A stretch of 64,000 bases of DNA. It comes from the human T2T-CHM13v2.0 reference genome, Homo sapiens. Below are positions 47,139 to 58,423 of the stretch, piece by piece (the first letter of the stretch is position 1; every line of letters starts with the position of its first letter). A model generated the notes under the pieces. That model was not told where the DNA came from and ran no database searches. It saw nothing but the letters and a program-made list of their open reading frames with translations. The stretch is taken from assembly GCF_009914755.1 (NCBI RefSeq), contig NC_060926.1, one strand, 5' to 3'. The position numbers and the translations under genes were made by a program.

Positions 47139-47198
47139 ATGTCCGCCATGTTGGCCATGGCGCAGGGAGCGGATCGGGCGGGCGAGCGGCGGATCTAG
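47139..47198 (+). other. Candidate uORF1 (19 aa, MSAMLAMAQGADRAGERRI)
   Basis: ATGs at 47139, 47148 and 47157 in one frame; TAG 47196-47198. Requires a TSS upstream of at least one ATG. Confidence 0.5.
47143..47153. promoter_or_regulatory. YY1 motif (CCGCCATNTT) upstream of the EPC2 start codon
   Basis: CCGCCATGTTG matches the YY1 consensus; binding not shown. Confidence 0.65.
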
Positions 47199-47253
47199 TG
47201 TGTGGAGGCGGCCGCGGGCGGCGGGGGGCTGTTTTCGGGCGGGGTGGGCGCCC

Positions 47254-47310
47254 ATGCTGTGGCCGGGGGCAGTGAGGAGGAGGAGGAGCGGGCCGGCCGC
47301 GCTGCACTGA
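47254..47310 (+). other. Candidate uORF2 (18 aa, MLWPGAVRRRRSGPAALH)
   Basis: ATG 47254 in weak context (cccATGc); TGA 47308-47310, 92 nt before the main ATG. Confidence 0.45.
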
Positions 47311-47402
47311 GGAAGGAGGTGGAGGAGGCGGCGGGAGTCCTCCCCCCCTCCCCGCCCGCCCCGCCGCCGCCGCCCGGGCTGTTCCTGTAAGGCGGGGAGA
47401 CA

Positions 47403-47555
47403 ATGAGTAAACTCTCCTTCCGAGCGCGGGCGCTGGACGCCGCCAAGCCGCTGCCTATCTACCGCGGCAAGGACATGCCTGATCTCAACGACTGCGTCTC
47501 CATCAACCGGGCCGTGCCCCAGATGCCCACCGGGATGGAGAAGGAGGAGGAATCG
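47403..47555 (+). CDS. EPC2: Enhancer of polycomb homolog 2, first coding exon (51 codons, start of the EPcA domain); CDS continues outside the window
   Basis: Translates to MSKLSFRARALDAAKPLPIYRGKDMPDLNDCVSINRAVPQMPTGMEKEEES, the Enhancer-of-Polycomb N-terminus. The AAKPLPIYRGKDMPDLNDC segment matches EPC2 rather than EPC1 as I recall them. Homology ends at a phase-0 donor TCG|GTAGGG (GT 47556-47557), inside a CpG island. Confidence 0.96.
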
Positions 47556-47736
47556 GTAGGGACTCGAGTGTTTATTACCCCCCCTTCCCTCCTCCCCCCT
47601 CCCCTTTGTCAGTCGGGCCTCGCCATTCACAGAGCGCTTTACGCTCGCTGGAGGGCGCCGCTGCCGCTCTAACGCACGGGACTCTACGCCGGCGGAGTAG
47701 CGTAAACCCTCTCGGCCGGCGTAGCGCCCGCCCGCG

Positions 47737-47748
47737 GCCGCCATGTTG
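47737..47748 (-). promoter_or_regulatory. YY1 / TISU-consensus motif in intron 1
   Basis: Minus strand reads CAACATGGCGGC, matching SAASATGGCGGC exactly. Confidence 0.6.
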
Positions 47749-49215
47749 TTGCGTCCCAGTGTTGTGATTAGCTCGCAGCGCTGCTTACGCTGCCGTAAGG
47801 GGGCCTTGCCGTAAGCGGCGGCCGGGAATGGCGCAGGGGATGCGCTGGCCGCTCTTGGCGTACGGTCTCTGTTTACCTTTCCACCTCCCTCTCTCAGGCG
47901 CGGGGCTAATTAATGGCGTGGTATTATTTGGCTAGGCAAGATTATTATTTTTTCCACTTTTAACTTTGGCTTTGTATTGAGTTCTCTTTGAAATGACTGT
48001 GGAAGGGTGCTTTCAAAACAAACATCTTCCTCCCAGCAATGTAATCATCCTGGCTCCCCCGCCCGCGAAGGTGCAGCGGGATGAGGCGGTGCAGCACTGC
48101 GGCGGGGGAGGGCGGGGGCCACGACTACCGAGCGGGTCGTAGCGTCCGAGGGCCGCCCGCCGGCCAGTTCTGCCGACCCGAGCCGGGCGCGGGGCGGACG
48201 GGCTCTGCCTGCTCCGCCTGGACGGCCGTGCTCCGTGCGCAACGTTAGAGAGGAGCCGGGGATGCCCGGAAGCGAGCCGCCGGCGTTGCGTTGTCCTCGA
48301 GAATTGTCATTGCGAGGTGGTCCTTAGAAGTTGAGGACCTAGTGCATCTAAATTGGCAGTTGTAATTTTGATAATACAGCACCTTTTGGGAAAATTGCTG
48401 CTTTTCCTCCGATGGGTTAAATTTTGCAGACGGTTGGATTTCATCTGGCTTGACAGAGAGTGTTTATGACTCGAGTGGTGTTACTTGCGTGCGAAGTTCA
48501 TAGTAACTGCACCCTCAAGAATTTCTTCAATGAACCTACAGTCCCGCCTTATTGTCAACCTCGGGTGTGTGTGGATTGGTTCTCTTGCTTCAGTGACTGT
48601 CAAAAGGAAGCTCGAGGTTTCAGTGATTGGTTTTCTCTTTTGACTATTAATATTGCAGGAAATGCTTTTATGCCTTCGATTGGCTGGTTGAGTTCTGACC
48701 TCATTATGTTACCCTGTTAATACTACTTTGCTCTTATTTAATCACATTTCTCTTTGATGTATAGTTACTTGAAAGTCTTACATTTTCAGTAGAAAATGCA
48801 TATGGCCGTAGCATCGGGATGAACTTAACTGTGTGTGTACACACACAAATATGTAATAGATATATATACACGCACATACACATATATATTTGTGTGTGCA
48901 TATATATAAATATGTTTATAATCAAAACCCAGCATTTATCCCTAAGGTTTAGAGCTGTGAGAACTTTTTTTTTTGTATGTGAGAACTTTTTTTTTTTAAT
49001 TTGTTTCTAACGACTCAGTTTTCCATGGGAAGGAAAATTAAAATAAAATCATATTATATACAATAGTTAATTACATTGAACCCTAATAAGCACAACTTTG
49101 GATATTTTTGCTATTTTGTGGGTCTTGATCCAAAGAAAGATGGCCTTAAAAGTACCAGTATTGTGTGTAATTACTTTGATCCTATTATTTTAGAACTTGA
49201 GTCAAATCTGTTCTA

Positions 49216-49556
<341 letters not shown>

Positions 49557-49689
49557 TTACTTTTTGCAATCACCAACATACGTGGTCCTTAGTATGCCAC
49601 ATATGTTTTGGTATTTTAATTTAGTAAGATAACTTAGAGTAATTTTTTCATGCTTCATTAAAAATAAAAGTGCTTAACTCGTGTTGCAA

Positions 49690-50377
<688 letters not shown>

Positions 50378-51569
50378 TAAACTTGGATACTTTTCAGTAG
50401 CCTACTTCAATTGCCCAATTTTAAGGAAGAAGAAATCCAAATTCTGATAAAACTAGAGTTGAAACCCAGAACCTCTGATTCTTTGTCCTGTCCTTTCTGC
50501 CTCTTTAATACATGCTAAAAGTGGAGATTCTTAAAATCAAAATTAAGCAAACCGTAACAGTTAAGATTTATAGTCTGAAATCTTTTGCTTCCCAGAGTGT
50601 CCAATTGGAGTATTAGTTTTTCTTTTTCTTTCTTTTTTAAATATGTATGTCAGAAGACTTGTGTTTTCATGAGTGACAGCAAATTCATTTCTCTGGTCTT
50701 ACAGGACTTCTGTTATTAAACAGAATTATGTATTTATAAAAATGGTTCTGCCTTGATAAATATTTCTAAGCAGCAGTAAAATGTCATACATTTCACAAAT
50801 GTTTTGTGTTTCACTTGAATTGCATTTTAAGTAACTTTCAATATCTAGATGTCCTTAACTCCTTATTTTTATAAGATTTTTTTCTTTTAAATCAGTAGGC
50901 TTGTAACAAACAAACCAACCTTGGCTTACGGATTCACAATTGTTGCTGGGTGTCTCTGAACTGTGCTGTCCTGCTTGGTTGGCAAAATCTTTTGAAGCCT
51001 TCATGGATGGCTTTTTCCCATTCCCCCTCTATCCCCACCCACCCTTAAAATTAAGGCCTGTCTCTTCTGTGTAGCTATTGGACTATCATTAGACTTCGTT
51101 TATATAAACAAAGTCATTATTCAAGTTCGAGTTACATTCTGACTGAGTTACATTCTGACAATGCCTGGATGAGGTGATTTAGGTGTTCTTGGGCATTGGT
51201 AACATTGTATCATTGATAATCATGTCATCCTGTGTAGCCTCTTCTTTTGGACATCCAAACATCTTTTACTTCTTTTCTTCCCTATCCTTATTATCATTGT
51301 CCTCTGCTAAGAGCTGCCAGTTGGCATCCTCCTTTAACTTGGTCTTTGTAATGCTCCTCACGGCACTTGGTCTAGGTCAAGTACTGTACACTTATGTTTA
51401 TTTAGAATTTAGACCAGAAAGATCAGGCAGCCAGCGGTTCTGCCGCCTCCCCATGAGTGTTGTATAGTGGTAGTTGATGTTTTTACTAATACTTGCCATT
51501 TACTGAATACTTCATATATCCGAGATACTGTGTTAAGGGCTTTACATATATTATTTCATTTAATCCTTT

Positions 51570-51985
51570 TTTTAAATAAACTTTTTTTGAAGTATACTTT
51601 ACATACAAAAAAAGTACCTATATACAGTGTGGAGTTTGATGAATTTTGACAAATGCATACAAACATGAAAACAAGATATAGAACATTTCCAACATTGGAG
51701 AAGTTCCCTTGTGCTCCTTTGCAACCAGTCCCTTTCCACTCCTAGTCCAAGCAATTGTTGATTTGTTTTGTTTTACTGTAGATTAGGTTGCCTTTTCTAC
51801 AATTTCATATAAATGGAATCATACATACTTTTTTATGTCTAGCTTCCTTTGTTCCGTACGATGCATTTAAGATTCATCCTTGTTGTATGAGTCTGTTCCT
51901 TTATATTGCTGAGTAGTATTCCAGTGAATTTGGTATGCTATCTTTATGCATCTCTCTGATTTTTTAGTTGTTTCCAGTTTTTGAT
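51570..51985 (-). mobile_element. Old L1M 3' fragment within a MIR
   Basis: TGATGAATTTTGACAAATG...TTTCATATAAATGGAATCATAC...TTGCTGAGTAGTATTCCA. Confidence 0.7.
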
Positions 51986-54022
51986 TATCATTTAATTCTG
52001 GTAACAGCCCTGTGAGGTATTACCATTTCTGTTTTATAGAGGAAAAGCTGAAAGGTCTTGCTGCTAGTGCAGGGCTGAAATTCAGACCCTTGACATTGGT
52101 GTCACAAAAGCATATACTCATAGTCACCATGCTGCATATTCAGGGTTCTTACAGAATCCAGAGTTATCTTCTGAACTGTGATTAAGTTCATTATAGCTTT
52201 TGTAAATAATATTTTACTTTTTATAACTTTGGAAACCTTAGAAGTTGCCAATTTGGTTAGACTGTTAAATTATTAAGAAGTGTAGTTTTTTCATTACTTA
52301 ATTTGGTCTGACTTTTGCTCTTGGGTTTTCAGATTTTCTTTCTTTTTTCTTAGCAGTTTGTGAACTTTGCTTTCCCCTGTATTGGCACCATTATATTTAT
52401 CCCACTGTTTATGTTATCTTAAGCATATAAGAAATTTGTGGGAAACTGTCCCATTTTATTGTTTAGATTTTTCTCCTGCTAGGATATAATGTCTCTAAGG
52501 GCAAAGATCTTTGCTTATTTTGCTCATTAATATATTCCAAGTGCCTGGAACTGTGCCTGGCACATAATACATGCTTGCAAAATGTTTGTTGAGTGTTGAA
52601 TGGGCTTCTATTTCTTTTTCTGTTCCAAGAGCTATATTTGTGTCTTTTCTCCCCCTCCCCCAATATCTATCTATATATAAAATTTATTAGCAGCATTTGA
52701 TAAAGTCTTCTTCCAGGAATTCTTTTTGGTTGCTTACTTTGGTACTATGTATATCTAAATATTATATCCTCTTTTCCTCTTGAGTCAGAGGCCTCTTTAA
52801 ATATAGAATCTTTTCACACGCCGATATGGTTGTAATGATAAATCTTTATCTTGTTTTAAGTAACTCTCATAGGTGTGTGTAGATTTCTGTGAGATACTTT
52901 TTCATACCAGAATGTACCAGTCTACATGAATCATGTGATTCACCTTATTTTTAAAGAAGATCCATGACTAATTTGAATTGCCATATCTCCTCTCATATGT
53001 TGTCTAATTTTTGCCGTTATGTTAATATTTTAAGTGATATTTTGAATTGATACAGTAGGAATATAATCCTGATTGATACCTTTTCAGAATTACTATTGGC
53101 ACTAATATATTTCATGTTTCATAATGGAGAGGGTATAAAATGCAGTTTTGTAAGTTGATACTGTAAAAACATGAAGCATTTCTTCTTCTAACAAAAGCAA
53201 ATGACATGCCAGGTATTATCTAAATGCCAGTTGTTATCTAAATAAGATATTGGGAAACTAAAGTGTTCTGTATAGGAAAAGTATGTGTAAGGCCGTGTAC
53301 TGAAATGTTAGGAATAAAAGAAGATGCAGACTTCAATTTCATAGAACTTAAATGAACCATTAAGTCCAAAAACATGTATCTGGAAAGTTAGCAAAAACTA
53401 CAGGGTTAAGACAACCTGACAGACATCAAAAGAGCATTAGAGAAAGTTAAATGTTAGTGTAGTTGAGAGGCATGAGGTGATTCATTGCATGTCATAAAGA
53501 AGGCTTCTTGGAGAGAGGCGTAACAATTTGGGCTTTCAGGTTTGGTTGTATGGTGTATGTTGAAGCAAATATTTGAGCATAAGAATATCTAAAGGAAGTT
53601 CTGAGGATGCTGAGTAGACCAAAGGAAGGTTCTTCCATGTTAGATGCTTTCTGTCAATCATTTCCTATTCTTCCTGCTAATAGAAACTTTAGGAGGATAG
53701 CACTCTGATGTTGCTGACCATATCATTCCCCTGTTTTCGTTCGGACATGCAGACATCTTTTGCTTCTGTCTTCCCCTTCATTTTATCCCTGTTACATCTT
53801 CAGCACTAAAAACCGTTTAAAACATAGAAGCACTCAGTAAATATTTGGTGAATGAAGGAGTAAAAATAGGGGTGGAGATTAGGTTGGAAAAAAGGTAGAA
53901 TTAGACTAAATTATAGGCAGTTTTGAATGTTAGGCCTAGGAGTTTGTAGGGTGGTATAGATGAAAGACCACTGAAGTATGATTCTGGAGTTTTTGTTTCT
54001 AGTTCTGGTTGTCATGGATTAA

Positions 54023-54042
54023 CCCATTTATGCCTAAGTGGG
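54023..54042. mobile_element. Collapsed piggyBac MITE (MER85-like) remnant
   Basis: TTAA-CCCATTTATGCCTAAGTGGG-TTAA. Confidence 0.7.
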
Positions 54043-56302
54043 TTAAATGGCCATATAATTTGGAAGTTGCTTAGCTTTTCTGAGCCTCAGGTTGTTCATC
54101 ACTACTATCTCAGCTAACATTTGAGTGTGTGTTGTTGAGTGTTTGAGCATGTGCCAGGCACTTTGTTAAACTTAATAGATGGTTTAGAGTTGATTTTAAG
54201 AGTAGGACATATAGGTGTTACTACTTCTTTTTCAGAGGAAGAAACTGAAACTTTAGAAATTAAGTAACTCGCCTAAGATCATCCGTCTAAAAAAGAACAT
54301 GCTAGAGCCAGAATTTGCACTCAGGCTGATTGACTCTGGGGCTCTTGCTTCACCGTTGTACTGCTTCATCTGTAAAATGAATGGGTTGAGAACTAGAAGA
54401 TATCTAAGGTCCTTTATAGCTTTACTGTTCTATCATTTATTTTCCCATTTAAAGTTCAAAATTCCAGATTCTTGAGATAGAGAGCGTTATTGGTCTGGCT
54501 TGCATCAGGTATCTACCTCTGAGTCTGCCATTCAAAGAGAAGGGGAAGTTAGTATACCTATGTTGAGAAGTGTTACCCTCTCAGCTGGAGAGCTGCCCTG
54601 AGAGATCTGCTACCGATGGTAATATAGCATGATCAAAAGTTAGGAAGTTAAAGTGTTAAATCATTTTAATCCATGATTTGTCCCAAGGTGAATTTGTATA
54701 CTTAGTGTGTTTTTACAAACCATAAATTTGTAAGATGTTTTAATGAGCTTAGAATAATTTGTATGTGTTATGTTTTAAATGAAATTTGAATCAAAGACTG
54801 TAAAAGAAGTCTCCAGTGTCCTTTTAAAAAAAAGCAAACTCTTCACACTTATTAATTTTCAAAGTTGTAAGGGATGAGTTTTGTTTGACCGCGTAGAAAT
54901 TATTTAACCTTCCTGGCCCTTAGTTTTCTCATTTGTGAAATAGAATTGGACTGAGTGACCTTTAAAGTACCTTTGACTCTAAAAATTACTTGAACCTCTG
55001 AAACCGCATGTCTATCTACTGGCATATTGTCCAGGATTATAATTAGATGAAAAGAACTAACAAATGTGACATTAAATATTGGGAAGAAATTAATGCTTAA
55101 GGTTTAACTCTTTAATACTGCTGAGATCCTGTCAATTTGGCTTATCGTTCTTTTATGAGGATCGATTATATTCGTCCTCTATCTAATATTAATTTTTCCT
55201 AGAGCCTAGTAGAGCAATCCATTCTGTGTATGTTTTGGTTATGATCATCTTGCTTTCATGAAATTTTCTTCACTTTACTAGGCTTACTCATTGCTGTAAG
55301 TATTCTGAAGTTCAGTAGTACTTTTAGTCTTTACCACTTGAGTTTATTTTAATTTTCTAGTATCATTTTTCTCACTTGAGTGTGTGTGTAATGGTGTGTG
55401 TGTGAATTTTATATATGTATGAAAAAGAGCATGTGCACGAGAGAGAGTAGACACTTATTTCCCCAACAAGACTAAATGTCTTGAGGGAAGGTATCATGTG
55501 TGTTTTATTCAGTACCCAAGACAGGCAGGATAGCAATCCAGGTACTTCTGTCACTTTCTGTCTTAAGTGATAAAAAGTTTGTAATACAGGCACTTAGCAT
55601 GTTGCTGGTCACTTGGATTGAGTTTCGTTGTATTGGTAAACAATGCAGCTCTGCATCTTCATTTAGTTTTAAGTAGAGTTGAAGTAGAAAAACAGTAATG
55701 GGTGTGTAGAGACAGCATGAGGAGGAGAGGCTGATAGGAATAAGCCCTGAAGGAGACCAATGCAGATGGCAGAAGGTCCATCATGATTATTTGATTTTAA
55801 CTTAAAGTTGATCATCGATTATTTGCCTTGTCTATACTATTTAAATGGGACAGAGCTTTAAATTTACATATTCTATCATGCAGAACCGCTTCTTACAGGG
55901 TTAACACTGTGGAGGAAGATGCCAGTCACTTCCAGTTTCTCCTCAGCAGTTTCATTGTATCTGTCTGCTTTTAGGTTTTTTGTTTTACTGTAAGCAGCTG
56001 TTGCTATAAAGTCAGAGGAATGCAGACTGGAGAGTCAGCCTATCTGCTACCTCTCTTAACTCCTATCTTTGCTTCCCTGCTTGCTTGCTTTTTTTTTTTT
56101 AAATGGGCTAAGGACGTGTCTCATGTCTTGGTTGGGGAGTCAACAAGCAGCATTCAGTTTTGCTGCTAATTTGGTGAAGTTGTTGGAACTTTGAAATTGT
56201 GATTTAGGTTCCAATCCTGGCCTCTGCCACTTGCCTTATGGGTGAGGTAAATTACTTAACCTCATTGAGCCCCATTTCCTCATCTGTTTAATAAGTATCT
56301 GA

Positions 56303-56630
<328 letters not shown>

Positions 56631-56820
56631 AAGATTACATTTTTTTGTAAAAACTTAAGTCTGTGTCTTATAGGCAACACTCATTTTTTTGGTAACAATT
56701 TTCACTTATACAGGATAACAAATATGAAGGTTGATGGAAGAGTAAAATGTAGAGTATTCCCATACATTATTCTGTGATAGAGTTTCACATTTTTTCTCAT
56801 GCCAATTAAACATTTTTACA

Positions 56821-57068
56821 GCTTGAGGCCAGGAGTTTTGAGACCAGCTTGGGCAACATAGTATGGCTTCGTGTCTACAAAAAATAAAAACATCAGCTGG
56901 GTGGAGTGGCATGTACCTGTAGTCTCAGCTACTTAGGAGGCTGAAACTGGAGGATTCCTTGAGCCCGGGAATTCAAGGCTGCAGTGAACTGTGATAGCGC
57001 CACTGCACGCCAGCCTGGATGACAGAGTGAGACTGAGGCCCTGTCTCTTAGAAACAAACAAACAAAAA
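56821..57068 (+). mobile_element. 5'-truncated AluJ-like
   Basis: Starts GCTTGAGGCCAGGAG; (AAAC)n tail. Confidence 0.88.
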
Positions 57069-58391
57069 GAGAGAGCGCTTTCAAACATTACAAGTTAATA
57101 TGTGTGTTTTCCTCCTTCCTTCTGTTTTCTGGCACAGCAGTTGACAAGCAAATTGATTTTAAAAACTAAAGACCTTGAAAATTTTTTGCTAAGAGAACTA
57201 AATCTTCACTTAATCCGTAGAGTAATAATTGGGCCCTGAATAATTAATAAATATTGTTTTTGTTCCTCAGAATGATTTTTTTTAGGTTAGATGATTAGTT
57301 AGTTATGGGAAAGATAAGTTTTAGTGATGAAAATCTATGCAGTGGGTGTTGTACACTAGAGAAGTGAATAGAGACATTCCAGTATACCATTGAATTCTTG
57401 GATGAACACTTTTGTTTGGAAACTTTCAAAAGTATGGTATTGATGAGGGTAGTCATGCCATTTATTTGATTCTTGAGATGTTTCTCAACTGGGGCACTAT
57501 TAGCATTCAATTTGTAGTTGGTTGTATGAGACGGTCACTGGCAAAACAAGTTTATTACATCTATCTTCTGCCCATTAATTTCTGGAACTTTCTAGTTGGA
57601 ATAACCCCAAAATGCTTCCTCCTTCAATTTCCAAGTGAAGGGTATTGGCATCTGATTTGAGAATTATGATCCAGGGCTTCTTAACCTTTTTTTGGTGACA
57701 TGGACTCTTTTGGCAGTCTGTTGGAACTCCTCAGAATGATGCCATAAATGCATAAAATAAGGTCAGATAAATCAATTGTATTGAAATAAAGTTATCAAAA
57801 TAAACAATTTTTAATATGTGTACTTTATTAGCACATTAAGTACAGAATCTACAGTTGGATCTAGTTATTGTAAATTCAAAATAATGATAAATATAAACGG
57901 TATTTTGACATAATTTGACGTGAAAAGATCTAGGATTTCTGTTGGTATTGCTAGTACTACTGTGGTCTGTTGTCTACATTAGGAATTGAAGGAAATGTTA
58001 AATTTGTTAGAAGTTTATGTTTTCTCATCCAAGTTCATGGACCCCTTAGTTCTTTCTATGGATGTTTTGGGAACCTACGACCTGAGGTTCAGAAATCTTC
58101 AGGAGAATTTCCATGGCCCAAATGGCAATCTCATTCCTGTGTCGTCCTTGTCTCAAAAGCATACAGGCTGCAGATTTTATTCCCATTACTATACAGGAGA
58201 TGGTACTATAGACAGAATTGTCTTATTTTCACATTTAGCACATTTACTACTAGCTTTTTAAAATTGAAAAATAATAGATCCACATGATTTAAATATAAAA
58301 ATTTAACAGCACAAAAGCATATACATAAAAAGTGTCTTTCCTTCCTCAAGTTCACAGACACGCTACAGAGGCAGCTGCTGTTAGCTGTGTT

Positions 58392-58423
58392 TGTGTGTGT
58401 GTGTGTGTGGGGGGGGGGGGGGG
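58392..58423 (+). repeat. (TG)n followed by G15
   Basis: Directly visible; G run 58409-58423. Confidence 0.9.

Larger units (their letters stand above)
46480..48320. promoter_or_regulatory. CpG island / TATA-less promoter of EPC2
   Basis: Abrupt rise in GC and CpG density against CpG-depleted flanks. Spans exon 1. Sp/KLF GC box CCCCGCCCCC 46943-46952 and E2F-like TTCCCGCG 47078-47085. Confidence 0.93.

Noticed and set aside
46387-47403. 338-aa minus-strand ORF and other long overlapping ORFs in the CpG island
   Set aside because: Stop codons are scarce in GC-rich DNA. Peptides are Pro/Arg/Ala/Gly low complexity, and this ORF does not start at a true ATG.
47556-47672. C-terminal 38 aa of the 89-aa ORF starting at 47403
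   Set aside because: Read-through into the intron past the GT donor; EPC homology stops at ...EEES.
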